64,000 nt of DNA from Nemertoderma westbladi (taxonomy: Eukaryota > Animalia > Xenacoelomorpha): contig JAUCBJ010003070.1 of NCBI GenBank assembly GCA_032718475.1, positions 126,279 to 190,278 of the forward strand. The letters run 5' to 3'. The position numbers were made by a program, and so were the translations under genes. The notes beneath the pieces were generated by a model. The model did not search any database. It had not been told where the DNA came from and saw only the letters and a program-made list of their open reading frames with translations. Positions 11,421 through 24,752 of this stretch are shown here, piece after piece. Each line of letters starts with the position of its first letter. Position 1 is the first letter of the stretch.

Positions 11421-13292
11421 GATACTCAACTTGGATTGTCTTGTTTTACTGATATGAATTTTATATTTCATTGATAATTATTGTTAATATAATTTTAATA
11501 ATAAATTTGCAAGTATTTAATTTACAAGGAAATTATCACAAAAATTCAGCAGCTCAAGTCTTCCCATTTTTTCACAGCACAAGCGCAAACACCAGGGGGG
11601 GATCGATTCGAACCACACCCCCCCCCCCCCCCCGCCCCCCGGCCCAAAAAATGGTTAAAGAAAGAATCCTGTTGGAAACAATTATGTTGCTATGGTAAGC
11701 CCCTGGCACAGTTCATAAAGAAACAGGGTTTTCGAAAGATGCATTAATAATTAAATTTAAGAGTAAAAATGTTAAGCGTTTTAAAGCATTTAAAAATTTG
11801 TAGTTTGTTAAGTAACCATATCAATATCAAACCATATCATATGTCCACCATATCAATGCGTCTTTCCAAATATAATTTCATTTCACTATTTCACAAATTT
11901 ACACTTTTCTAAATCTTACAAAATTGAAATAGGTCAGAATCGAACCAGAGGCATTACCCGACGCGTTATCCACTACGCTAATTTGGTACTATAGGAAAGT
12001 GATTATAATTAACATGTCATGCTTCCCTGTTACAAGGTTGTTCTAGCAAGTTTAAATATTCATAATTAATACGAATAATTCACAGCCATCTATCTAAAGG
12101 TTTAGCACTAGGGATTTTCATGGTCGCAGAATCAATTTCGAGTGTTAGTTTTAACACATCATGACTTCAAAATTGGCTGTCGATTATATTTTGACGGACA
12201 GACTGACAGGCTTACCGTCAGGAACGACTACGCCATATTTGGATTCAGCATGATGATGGAAGATGCCTATTTATGACCAATTTATAGAAGCGACCTATTG
12301 TGTCATCAACACCATCAGACACCGTCTGGATCCATTGACAAGCTCATGGCTTCTCTGTCTGACTGTAGGCACTACCTTTATGAGCCTTTACTAAACTTAA
12401 TGACTACCAGTTCTCTATGGCATAGATGGAAAGCGATGAAAAATAATAGAACAATAATAGAACAATAACAGTCCGACACTCGACACTCGACAAGATTTAC
12501 GATCTTTAGCGGTAAGAAGGATCTCTAAGGAACGACCTATCCCACTGATGGTGCAGCTGTGCTGTGTGCGGTGGATAAACTTAACAAGGCAGAGTTTATT
12601 CACTCTGCTTATTCAAACAAGGGATCAATCAAAATACGACAACGAAGGACTCAGATCCGATTAATATTAACTCTAAATAATCCGAATGAAAAGACATCAT
12701 TTACTCAAAATTAATGTTTTTTTTCCATGTAACACGTAATTTTATTCATCAATTGGTACTTTTTTGTTGCGTAATTCTTGAATAAAAGATAGAACGAAAT
12801 TGTGCTACGAAATGAATTGAACTGCAGTATTTTACTATACAGTATTACATCTTTATATATGTAATTATTATTTTTTTGGAAGTTTCTCCCATATTTGTAG
12901 TTCTGTATTTTCCCTCAGTTGTACACTTTTAATCCATTCATATATTTTAAGATATCACTGTGATAAAATTAATATAAATCTTTAATGATATTTAATTAAT
13001 TTCACACAACACAAACTACCCACAACAAAAAGTGTTAACGTTGATCCTATATCTTTTTTTAGACGTATTAGTTCCAATGCAGTGCAGCGTAAGCCTCTGG
13101 GTTTTCCTGGTACTCTAGGTAATCCTTCAGTCGACAATATTTTTCCTCGTGACTGCAGTATGCGGCCAGACACCATCGCAGCATTGTAAGCTCCCGTTCG
13201 GATGAGTATCGTTTCGACATGTGATCCATATCGCCTAGAGATTATGATATCGGTTAATATTTAATATGTACATAATAGTATCAAGACAGCAG

Positions 13293-14521
13293 GTGACCTG
13301 CTACATAGAAAGGGGGCTTCGGGTCTGGATACTCGATTTTAGGATTTTGGCACTTTCTAATGGAAAATTGTTCGCTGAGTCCGATTCTGAAAACCGTTGA
13401 GTCATATCTTTTTTAGTTTTGGAGTTATCCTACTTTTGTGAACCTATGTCAGACAATGTTGATGCTAATTTTTCACAATTTATTTAAAAAAATTACAAGG
13501 CCTACTGTATACGTTTGGAAAATTTTAGAACTAAAAAATAATAAAGATACCTTGTACTATTGCACATGAACATTATGGTTTATTTTAATATTTTTTGATT
13601 ATTTAATCTATTAATTAGTCATTTTAAGTAATTTAATTAATTAATTAAAAGATTAATTAAATAATTAATTTGTTTTTTTTTTTAATTTTTTTTCAGAATT
13701 TTAATAGGTTTGTTTAGTAAACATACCAGTAGACATAGTAAAAATACCGAAACTGAATTAGGAATTCAACATCAGTTTATTATTTGCTATTATCCTAAGA
13801 TCATTAAACATAATCGTGATATTTTTTACTATGACCAACAGCCTTGCAGACTGAACATTTTCGGCTCTCTTTTAGTTTCTTATTTGGTGGTCTCACTTCT
13901 ACAGATGGCCCAGCAACATCTGGATGATTGTTAGAAACACATAACTGTTTGCTTCCTGCTTTTGTTGGTCGTGGTATATCACAGAAGACAGCTCTAGAGA
14001 GTTCAGAAAGACAATAAGGTCTAACCTGTTCATATAGGTACCACTGACGTTCTGGTGATAGGCCTTGTGGCACCTTAGCCACAGGCAAACCTTTCGGTAG
14101 TTCGACTAAGAGATCTGATCCCTTTTCAGTTGTTTTAGGGATAGAACATTGAATAACTTCACTAGAAATCAATTTCTTCAGTATTAATCGCATACAACAC
14201 GTCTAAATCATCTAATTCTGACTGGTACAGATCCATCATTCAATTACGTGATAACTAAATAACAATGCACACTGCACACTGTCAGACCGAATAAAATGTG
14301 TACAATAAACTGTAAACAGCTCTAAAAACGTTTTAAATTTCCCGCCAAATATATCTGTAAGGTAGACTGTAAACCACCTTTTAACATACAGTAGCAATTG
14401 TATATGAAATGAAACAGCGATTAATCCTAAATAAATTCAAAAAAATGTACACTAATTTTAATTGCGTTTTTCTCGGAATTGTATTTCAGACTGTAAGCCA
14501 TCTTTCTATGTAGCAGGTCAC
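13293..14521 (-). mobile_element. Internally deleted TIR DNA transposon with transposase C-terminal remnant (13804-14193)
   Basis: 20-bp TIR gtgacctgctacatagaaag / ctttctatgtagcaggtcac; ORF contains PQGLSPERQWYLYEQVRPYC and CSVC..VGH, resembling the C-termini of DDE/D transposases (possibly Sola-like; uncertain). Confidence 0.65.
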
Positions 14522-15065
14522 TAAAAAAAGTTGATCAGGTAATAACTAGGCTACCTGGAATACAGGCGATGCAGCCCAGATTTCACCTAAATTTGCATAT
14601 TTAATTTTTTTTTTAATTTTAATTTATTGAAATTTAGCCTCTTTAGGTATATCACATACGTTTTTCGCATTAACCTTAAGTACCGTTTTCGTCTGATTTT
14701 ATTATTAATAACAATAATCAGTTTCTCGCATTGTATTTTATAGCCGATAGTGATGATGGTTAGGGTAGAAATAGAATGGGAGGTTTTGTAAAGAATCGAA
14801 AATTCACACATAACGCGCATACACGGCTGTAGGCCTACATTATTTATAATTTTCTCTATAAAGTCAATAAAAAATTTAATTGTTGTTTAAAAAAACATGT
14901 GCAACCCATTGAAAAATCGTAACGAAACGGTAGGGCCTACTTTAGAAAAGTTGTTTTTAGAAAAATATTTTCTAGTCGACTATAGACAACAGGTAAAAAA
15001 AATATATCGTTAAAGTAAATTATATAGATAGCAATTTGAATACTCTTGTTAGTCGTTTAGAGCAG

Positions 15066-16273
15066 TGTTCGCGCTTTTAAGACCTTTGGCAGTTTAACCC
15101 GCCAAATCTATATGTCTTCTAGGTTATAAATCTACTCCAGCCTATGACAAGTATTGAACACCTATAATAATTCTAACATTAGCCAAAGCCAGTCTGTGCG
15201 CGACCATTCACCCGCTGGATATACCCGGGAGACTGGATTTGGATGCTTTAATTTGATTGCGGTGCAGGCCTACCGTACTATTCGATTGATCGTTAATATA
15301 TAATCTCTGACAAATATTATTCACCTTTTGGGAAATATTAGCAGTTCCTTTAGGACGTGGCGCTCTATCTATTTAAACAGAGCTATGACTTACACTATAC
15401 ACAACGGTATGTCTTATAGATCACCAAAGTGCATTCTTTAGGAAATGCTTTGTTACTCGGTCAAGCACACACAGACTATTGCACACAACTGCACACTGAA
15501 TTGCCGATATTCACTGATTTTAATCATATATAAAGAGAATAACAACCGACATTTGTAGGGCCTATTAAGTAGCATTGAACTCACTACAAACCACGATAAT
15601 GTATGTCGCAAATTGTTATATGTAACCGGTCTCTCTAACCTTAGTGTATCAAGAAGATTGGGGTTTCGGATCGTTATCAATATTCTTCCCAATAATAATA
15701 TGTAAACGAACGATACAATTAACAACACAGTAAATAGCAGTAAATAATGCAAGTGTACTTAACCAAGTTGACCAAGGTGCAAAATCGAGGTGCTGTAGTC
15801 AGTACCGAGATAACAGTTTGATGATCTTATAATTAAAGACGCTCTAATGTCAGAAACATTCCCCGGCCGGTGTTCAAGGCGTGGGGGAAACGTCAGCACT
15901 GAATCATGGGATTCTGCTGTACAGTTTTTACACAAAGGGAAAATCTCTGATTGGTCGAACTGACGTGGACACAGCTGATAGATGTCGTCATTTGAGCTGA
16001 GCAGAACAAAGAACCAAGGCTCCGTGCAGAGGCTCCACGTGTACAGCTCAGCTATTAGCTGTCGTCTTAGTAACTACACTGTTCCAAGAGTATTTCGGCT
16101 TTTGCGTCATGGAATTGCGGATTATGTCCGCTAAAGTACACATACAGAAGAAATTACTTTTATGTCCTCTAAAACACCAGTACAGTAAGGACACGGCCCT
16201 TTTATGCCTGGTAAACCAACTACAGAGTACTTCACGGGGAAAATAACTGGCTAATTACGCAAAAGCCTTTACA
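15066..16273 (-). repeat. 3' LTR of non-autonomous BEL element (1208 bp)
   Basis: TGTTCGCG...TTTACA on the + strand; adjacent short purine tract (GGGAGCGG on the - strand). Confidence 0.9.
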
Positions 16274-16291
16274 CCGCTCCCAGAAAATGGG

Positions 16292-17640
16292 ATTTAAGTC
16301 TATAAAATATAACAAATCACAGTTTCTAAAATATAAAAATACTCTAAACAGTTAGTCTTTCTTACGCGGACGGCGTTTACGCAGCTTTTTGAGGCTAGCA
16401 AGAGTCCTTTTCTCTTTGGAGCGAGCCACTTTACTAGGAGGGCTATAACTCCTGAGTGAAGGGTGCAATACAATTGCATCAGAAGGTTTAGGGTTACGGT
16501 CAGTGTCTCGTCCATTTCGATCTGCTTCTCCTCGAGCTGATTTTCCTCCGCTTGTCGTTGGACACGCTCGTCCAAAACTCTCGTAGAGAATAGGGTTGTC
16601 TAAGCTCGATATCTTCTTAGAGATTCAAGATTTCCCAATCGAACTGAGATAAAGCCAATTCGTTTACCGCTTGGACTTGCTGTTATAACTTACGTTTATC
16701 TGAACAAACGCAGGTTTCCTTTCTGATCTTTGTAGAATAGCGTTTAACTCGTTTCGTACGACGCTCTCCTTCACCTTGATGAAGGGTTGTATTGCGTTAA
16801 ACTGGGACGACCATACGGTTGAATGGTGATATTAGGTGTCCGCGTCCCAATACGGCTAGGTAAGATGGGCGGCTAGCTAGAGCTCGCTGCCGGAGTGTTA
16901 CCGATTAATTGTTAGGGTAGCACTAGATCTTTGAACAGTGAATACAGCTCGTGAGGATCCGGGATACCATCAGAATCGAAAGTCTGAGGTCTAATCAAGG
17001 AACGAGGTGGTCTGACCGAGTATTCCGGAACTATGATCGTAGGTTTACTCAAGGATCGTCTGAGTAGAACGAGCGTAGGTGATATGTCGAACAAGTTTCG
17101 GTTTCCGTGGATGTTTATGTCTTTCCGTTTATTAGTTGGGTCTAGGGCATTTATCGTAATAATACCAAAGACGCACGTCTGGTAGGGGAAACGCGAATGA
17201 TATTTATTTGTTGTTACAATGCTTCTATCAAGAATTCCAAATATACATTAGAGTTACCGCGTCCATTTGTCTCTCTAACGTCTTTTCTTTCAAATCGATT
17301 TCGAATAGAATTTTCGCATTCGAATTTCAGTTGATCGTTCCGACTGTGCTGGGTAGGATATATGTTCGACATAGTCCGTATCGTGTGAATCGATAGAATG
17401 GCCAATGGTTCAGAAGTCCATATACGTACTATTACGATGCGTGTAGCGAGCGGTGAATTTTCCCTAGTCCAATTCACGCGTAAGTTGCTTCTAGGAAATC
17501 GTCGGTTCGATATAACGACCATCGTCCTCCGTAGTAGTTGGACTAGCGTCGCCGCGTATCAAGCTATCAACAAACACTTGTAAAGGTAGAGTATATCGCT
17601 CCCCGATACCAAGACCATCTTCTATCAACTCTGTTATATC
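16292..17640 (-). pseudogene. Deleted, frameshifted remnant of the accessory ORF3
   Basis: Pieces match both ends of ORF 41432-45685 (ELYSLFKDLVLP; QAEENQLEEK; same 3' end); the exonuclease/zinc-knuckle core is missing. Confidence 0.85.
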
Positions 17641-19285
17641 TGCTATATATGAGTTTATTAATATTATAATGAGCTTATAATTAGGCTAGCGAGCGTCGCT
17701 GCCTACCCCAATCAGCCCCCGGACAGTGTAAGAGCCTCAGCGCAAATGTATCGTCGCCGCTGTGTTTTCCGCCAACGTGTAGCTACACAACGACAACGAC
17801 ACTAGCACGAGTCACTCCACTGTCCGTCCCAAAGGCTTAGATACACTTCAGGTTCTTACTGGAGAGTTAGGGTTACTTTCACAATTGCGACTCGCTACTG
17901 TAAACACACCTTAGTAGTAACATTCGCCTATAAACTCACAAATTCCACACATACAACTGTCACAAATTACACACACTCGGGCCATTTGTCCGTTAGTCAG
18001 TGCCTTCCAGAATGCCACGTTATTATTATGTATCCTTGGATACTAGCAGTGCGCTATTTATTTCTTACTATGCAATGGGCAAGCTTTCTATTGTTCTTTT
18101 TAACTTGTTTCTAATTCTAGCGTGGGTGTTACTATGGTGACATTATGGAAAGCTAGCGGTAGAATTAGGGTAATTCCAATGCATACAGATCTGGGATGCT
18201 ATTTAATAGTCATTCTTTAATGGTCCAATATCTCGTTTATATATGATTTTATAAATTTTATCGGCTATTGACTCATACATGGGAGATTCTCACACTCTAA
18301 CACACTTAATAGGATGAATCTCCGCTCCCGTGATCTATTAATTAATGGGATTTTGGGAATGTTATAAATTGCACAGAATGACAATTTATTAAATTCATTA
18401 AAATATGAATTTAAATTTATTCGCTGAAATTTTATTATTTGATAGTACAATTGACACAATTTGATTCCAGAGCAGGTCTGGGGACATAGGATCCTTAATT
18501 CTATGAAAATTGTCCTTTAAGAGTATCGGTAAGTGCTACGATATCTTAATCGACTAGAATTGTTAAAGGATCTGAATTTTACAGATTTTGATTTATAGAT
18601 TTGTAAATATTAAATAATTAATATTTGAGATGGGCACCAATTTATTCCAGAACTTGTCTGGGGACGTTAACCACTGATTCTAGAATTTGTCTTTCAAGTA
18701 TATCGGTGGGTGCCGCGATATCTTAATCGACTAGAATTACAGATGGTCAAAAGGTTTAACAGATTTATTTGCGTTTCACGCTACTGTTAGAGGGACATCA
18801 CGCTACTATATGTATTATTATATATGGTATGAGAGCAATATCGCACGAAGCAATGTCAGTGTGAAGAGGCAAGTCGTTTCCAAGGTCTACCCAGAGCTTG
18901 GTTTAGCCGAGGCACGAGGATCTGAACTTTGCATTCCTAATACTCTACTTACCAATAATACTTAAATATAGTAGGAGCTTTATTGTACTTTAATAAGTAC
19001 GGACATTTCATCTTACTGTAGTCACGTATTTATAATATGATACGGACAGTAAGGAAAGAGAAAAATAATTATTTCTCGCCGTCGCACTAAATATATATTA
19101 TAAGTAATTACGTACGTAATAAACACTAATATATTGCACTAATCTACTAAATAATCACTAAAATAACATTCTACTAAATAAAATTAAAGAAAACGATTAT
19201 AATAAAATTACATAATAATACATACATAAATATAAAATAAAAACAAATATAAAATGATATAGTCACACGCCCACTCCATATGTTA

Positions 19286-22200
19286 TTATGTTATGGAGTC
19301 CCTAGATATTTGTCGGATTAGGGAAGTGGTCATAGGAAGAGTATCTTGCCTTCCATAGTTTCCGGACAGTTTTCGGTCTCTTTCCAGTAAACATAAACGA
19401 CCAGCTGGGCGATGGAGTTGTTGTGTTACTTTCTCCGCTCCCTTGGCCTGTCTAATCTCTGCCGTGGTAAGATGAGGAGGCCATTCTTCTTCTTCTTTAC
19501 TTAAGAAGTCGGATCCACCTAACCAGCCTGGAGTATCTATCAGTTCTTGAGGAGTTGCTCCTCTGGAAGCAATGTCGGCTGGATTAATCGTCCCGAGGCA
19601 ATGTCTCCATTGATCTACATTGGAGTTAATATTGTCATTATCTGAGGAGTATGGTGTTCCCTCAGTTGGGTCGTCCACCTCACTGCTCTCCACTTCCCAT
19701 TCCTTTACTTGGTATACCTGTTGTTGAGGTAATCTCTCTTTGAGAGTTCTACGGGAAGGGCCAGTGAAGTACCAACCTACTCTAGTTCTTACCGCATAGG
19801 TTTGTAGTGGCTGTGGTTGAGCAGGCCGTTTCTCCAATGTCTCTAGCGCCTCATGCGCGTTTTGGCCGATGTGTATTTGCACTCCAGGATAATCTGTGTG
19901 GAATCGAGGTATCTTAAACTGCTGGATGCTCTCATCCTCGTCCCAGTTATAAGGTTCTACTTGGGTAGTAGCGAAGTTCTTTATAGCCACCATTTTTACT
20001 GACCTTATACTTTGTTCTCCTAATTTATCCTGGGGGGTGGACAACGCACCTACATAGTAATCTGCCGTTATGGTAGATTTCCAAACCTGCATAATTCCTG
20101 ACATATCCAACTTAGTTCGGAATTTGGGTTGTCCAGCAAAGATGTCTTCGGCTAGTTCTTGATCGATGAATGTTCCTGTGCTGCAGGAGTCAAGGAGGGC
20201 GTTCACTATGTAACTTTTGTTGGGACCGTGAACTCTTACCTGCACTACAGGAAATTCTCTGATTCCTACGTTGGAAGTTGGAGGTTTCCAAGATGGTTGT
20301 CTGTCAAAGGTAGTTGGGGGGAACTCATTGTCGGTGTCCTTTTCATACGTAAGTGCTCGATACACTGCGGTATTTATTAGGTAACAGGATTCGATGGCGT
20401 CGGAGAATTCGTCCGTATAGAATCCTTCCATCTCAGACTCTTGATCAGTGTCATTTACATCACTGAATTGGACATGTAGTTCGGGCTCACTTACCTGACT
20501 TGGGTTGTTTCGTTCGAATTCACTGCGTAACAAGATGTGATGTTTCGCACCGCACTTTGCACACTTTACTTCGGAGTAACAGGTTCGCCGTTGGTGTCCT
20601 GGTCTGAGGCAATTATAGCATAACCGCTTATCCCACATGACTTCACGTCTGTCTACCAGGGATTTCTTTAGGAATTCAGCACACACACTCAAACGGTGGG
20701 GCCCGTCGCACAGCGCACATTTTGGTTTGATGTTACTCACTTTACCTTGGGCAACGTTATGCACTCTCGTTCTTTCTTCGGGCTTTCTTCCGTGAATTCT
20801 CTTAGGAGACGTAGGAGGAGTTGTTGTTACCTGTTCTCTCCGGTCACTGGTTCGAGACTTATATTTACTTACGTCTTTATAGGTCTTGTTGTCATAGTAG
20901 GATTTTGCTGTGTCTTTCCCGCTGTCCTCTTCCTGAGAGACTTGGCTTTTGCCGTCGTCAGTATAACACACTGGTGTTACCCTTCTCCTAGAAACGGGTT
21001 TCTCACTTACCTTATTTTCCGATGTTTTCTCTCTGGACTGCTTTATAAGTTGTAATTTTACTTCACTATCTAAGAAGGACATGAGATCAGCCATGGTAGG
21101 GTCTCGTTGTTGTTGTTCCATCATATATAACACTTTCTTGTCCCAGCGTGTACCTACTCCACCCTTTGGTAAAGTAGATGCTAAGGCTCCTACAACCATA
21201 GAGTTCTGGTATTCATGAGACTTACCTAACCAATCTAGCTGTCTACAGATCTCCTGAATTTCATCGGAAAATTCTATAATCCCGCTGCTAAGAAACTTTC
21301 GGGGCGCCATTAATTTCGCATATAAATACCTAGCTATGTTAGTCCTATTACCATACCTGATGTTTAATGTATCCCAAACTTGTCTTAATCCATCTGGATA
21401 TCCAATAAACTTTAACGCCATTAACTTGGGAGGTCCTTCCAAGCACTTGATGAGGAATCTAAGTTTCTCTCCGTTAGATAGTACAGAGTTCTGTATGCTA
21501 TCTTTGTAATATTCATTGAAAGATAACCATTTCATCTCATCTCCATTGAATTTGACGATTTCTCCCACTTTGACCGCTTGGTGGGCTTCTGTTCTAGCCA
21601 TCTGACGCGTAAAACTTTCTTGAGCCATCGTATTATTGAATATAGAATTATCGGTATATAAATTTCTCGGATTATGATCAGGTCTATATGGAATATTATT
21701 ATCAACAGGTTTATAATTACCCTGAATAGGGTTTACTATAGGAGTTTCTACTTCACTAGCAGTATAGATGCGTGTAGGCTCCACACCTTGCGCATGAAAT
21801 ACTTCAGACCTAACGGGTTGACACATTGTTACAGGGGGTGGTGTTATACCCCTTTGTATGTTCACTAATTTATCGCGTTCTAACGCGATACTTTGCTGCA
21901 CCTTTTGCAACTCTAACCTACTTTCCCTTACTGTTCCCTTGAGCTGCTGAACAGTCTCTTCCATTTCCCGGACCTGCTGAGAGGAGCACAAACAGTGTTC
22001 CCTCAGCTGCTCGAGCAGGAGACCCATCTCCCATCGTCCCTCAGCTACCCACTCAACCGCCGAAGCGGGAGTCGCCAACGTAGTAGCGGGCGAGTGAGAG
22101 ACGACGGACGATAAATTCTTGATATCTCGCTCGGCGTCCAGGACGGGTTTGGACTCGGGAACAGTCCTACTGGGCACAGGTAGTTTAGTACTGTTCAAAG

Positions 22201-22483
22201 GGAATTTATAGGCAGGTTCTGGGAGTACAGGTGTCTCTATCTTTCTTTCCGCTTCTACTGTTGCCATTGCCTCTGCCGCCTTTCTTTCCGCTTCTGCTGT
22301 TGCCATTGTCTCTGCCACCTTTCTTTCCGCTTCTGCTGTTGCCATTGCCTCTGCCGCCTTTCTTTCCGCTTCTGCTGTTGCCATTGCCTCTGCCATCTTC
22401 CTTTCAAGACCCTGTCCAAGTCTAAGACTCATTCTAACACCTTCCAAAAGACTATCTGACAGTGCCCGTTTTGTGTCAGACAT
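19286..22483 (-). CDS. gag: Gag-protease polyprotein with RT/RNase H/integrase deleted in frame (1065 aa)
   Basis: BEL Gag motif KFNGDEMKW...LSNGEKLRFL, three zinc knuckles, protease motif altered to LLDSCS, then short in-frame pieces of the NPADIASRG region and the Pol C-terminus. Confidence 0.88.
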   Translation of the reverse strand: MSDTKRALSDSLLEGVRMSLRLGQGLERKMAEAMATAEAERKAAEAMATAEAERKVAETMATAEAERKAAEAMATVEAERKIETPVLPEPAYKFPLNSTKLPVPSRTVPESKPVLDAERDIKNLSSVVSHSPATTLATPASAVEWVAEGRWEMGLLLEQLREHCLCSSQQVREMEETVQQLKGTVRESRLELQKVQQSIALERDKLVNIQRGITPPPVTMCQPVRSEVFHAQGVEPTRIYTASEVETPIVNPIQGNYKPVDNNIPYRPDHNPRNLYTDNSIFNNTMAQESFTRQMARTEAHQAVKVGEIVKFNGDEMKWLSFNEYYKDSIQNSVLSNGEKLRFLIKCLEGPPKLMALKFIGYPDGLRQVWDTLNIRYGNRTNIARYLYAKLMAPRKFLSSGIIEFSDEIQEICRQLDWLGKSHEYQNSMVVGALASTLPKGGVGTRWDKKVLYMMEQQQRDPTMADLMSFLDSEVKLQLIKQSREKTSENKVSEKPVSRRRVTPVCYTDDGKSQVSQEEDSGKDTAKSYYDNKTYKDVSKYKSRTSDRREQVTTTPPTSPKRIHGRKPEERTRVHNVAQGKVSNIKPKCALCDGPHRLSVCAEFLKKSLVDRREVMWDKRLCYNCLRPGHQRRTCYSEVKCAKCGAKHHILLRSEFERNNPSQVSEPELHVQFSDVNDTDQESEMEGFYTDEFSDAIESCYLINTAVYRALTYEKDTDNEFPPTTFDRQPSWKPPTSNVGIREFPVVQVRVHGPNKSYIVNALLDSCSTGTFIDQELAEDIFAGQPKFRTKLDMSGIMQVWKSTITADYYVGALSTPQDKLGEQSIRSVKMVAIKNFATTQVEPYNWDEDESIQQFKIPRFHTDYPGVQIHIGQNAHEALETLEKRPAQPQPLQTYAVRTRVGWYFTGPSRRTLKERLPQQQVYQVKEWEVESSEVDDPTEGTPYSSDNDNINSNVDQWRHCLGTINPADIASRGATPQELIDTPGWLGGSDFLSKEEEEWPPHLTTAEIRQAKGAEKVTQQLHRPAGRLCLLERDRKLSGNYGRQDTLPMTTSLIRQISRDSIT

Positions 22484-24752
22484 GTTTGTTTACACAGTTG
22501 AATGCCTACGGCTATAAATACAGCTAAAGTAAGTCTAGTAATTCAGTATCACTGTTAGCCTAATAATTAATTACCGATACTGCTGCTCAGTGTAGCGTGA
22601 TATATATATAATATATTAGAATACCGGTATGCTTATAGTATATATATAAGTATTATTACAGACTAGATTTGTCACAGAGTACCGGTATATAATTTTAGCA
22701 CAACTATATATAAATATATAATAGGCGTATCGTGAATACCGTTATACAGCTGACACTTATAGTATATATAAGTATAATTATTACAGACTAGAATTAATTA
22801 CAGAATACCGGTATGATTTCAGCCTAAATTTATAGAATAAATATAATAGGGGCCTAAGCCTATTGTAAATACCGGTATGTCAATTATTTTAAAAATAATT
22901 GAATTTCTGAATGTTAGGGGTTACTTGGTTACTTTACTTACTCTATTACCGTTATTTGAGCAGCAGTCCAACTGATATTAAGACCTAAGTGTTGTATAAC
23001 AGGCCTACTCTTTTATTAATAGATTTAGTGGATTTATATGTACCCGTATGAGGGGTTTTGTTACAATATTGAAATAGATGTTATTATTTCTGGGAAGGAG
23101 TCACTGCACCGAAGCTGTACGCTCTCAGTGAAGTGCTACTTATTGGACACTAAAACAAATAATCCTACTTCCTAAGTTACTTATCTACGAATTACTTACG
23201 ATACGGGTGAGATTAAATCTCTAATTAAACACAACAAAAAATATTACGTACGAAATTTTAGGGTAATTTTACAGGGAACTACAAACCAGTCTAACAAAGG
23301 GTTAGATTTTCTGGTTATTACAACGGACAGGATACTACGGTATTTGAAAATAATAAGTAGTAGTAAATACACTGTGTTGTCCAGATAGGAAAATACCACC
23401 GTCTGACGACCTATAACCGTATCGCTATAGGTACTACGTTATGTATCACGGAGTGTCCCTACCTAGAAGTTAATTACCGCGGTCTACCAGAACCAACGTG
23501 CCTATTAACCACTTTACAACACAAATATACTGCCTACACACTAATTACCCTCGGAAAGCACTGTACACTAAACCCTAAATTAGGTACAAGTACTTATATA
23601 ACAAATAATCGGTAGTTAAAAATACTTGAACAGCTAAAAGAACCACGGTATCTGCTGGAGTGACCGGGGCACAAAATCACCAGTCTTTTCCTACGCCAAG
23701 CAGCCCGTGTAGTACCGGGGTTAATTTAACTATAACGGTATGTATAACAAGCACAATTACTGTAGGAATAAACTTGGGGACATGAATGTTGCGAATAATC
23801 GCATAAACTCTGAATAATAAATATTACGCTACCTGTACAGAATACTCAAACAAATATAAACCAAAACGCTGGCAGACTACCACCAAGCCTAAATAAACTA
23901 CTGTATGTGCAGATTCCAAAATGGTTAGTTAGTATGCGTTCTAACACGGTAGGACGACTTATTCTTTAAGAGGGGATTGACCTTACAGCTATGGCTGCCC
24001 CAACTTACTAACTGGCACTCTATCGGACAAACTCTACACACGCAGCAATCTCTTCAGACCTAATAATAGCTAGACAACAATCCAGCCTACAAAATATCTG
24101 AGTAATAACTATTACGGTACCTGAACAGACCACACAAACAAACACAGGCCAAAACGCTGGCAGAATACTGTCAAGCCTAAATAAACTACAGTATGTGCAG
24201 ATTCCAAAATGGTTAGTTAGTATGCGTTCTAACACGGTAGTACGACTTATTCTTTAATAGGGGATTGACCTTACAGCTATGGCTGCCCCAACTTACTAAC
24301 TGGCACTCTATCGGACAAACTCTACACACGCCGTAATCTCTCCAAACCCAACAACAATCCGACAACAGTCCGGCCTACAGTTATCTGAACAATCTGAGCA
24401 GACTTACACGTCTTCAGCTCAATATTAACTTACTAGGAAATAAAACTGACAGAAATATACCTAAGTAAAATCCCAATAAAAACCAGGCGTCCCCGATTTA
24501 ATATCGAGACCTACCGGTATACAATAATCAAAATCGAATAATACTAATGTACTTATACTGGAAGTACCGGTTAGGACAGTTGGGCCTACGGACTTACAGA
24601 AGTGCCGGTTCTGGCAGTTGGACCTACGGACCTAGAGCAGTACCGGTTCTGGCAGTTGGGCCTACTGACCTACAGAAGTACCGGTTCAGGTTTACCGGCC
24701 GACCGGTACTTTCAACTTTATTGCTTACTGCAATAAAGTCAATAACTGTTAT

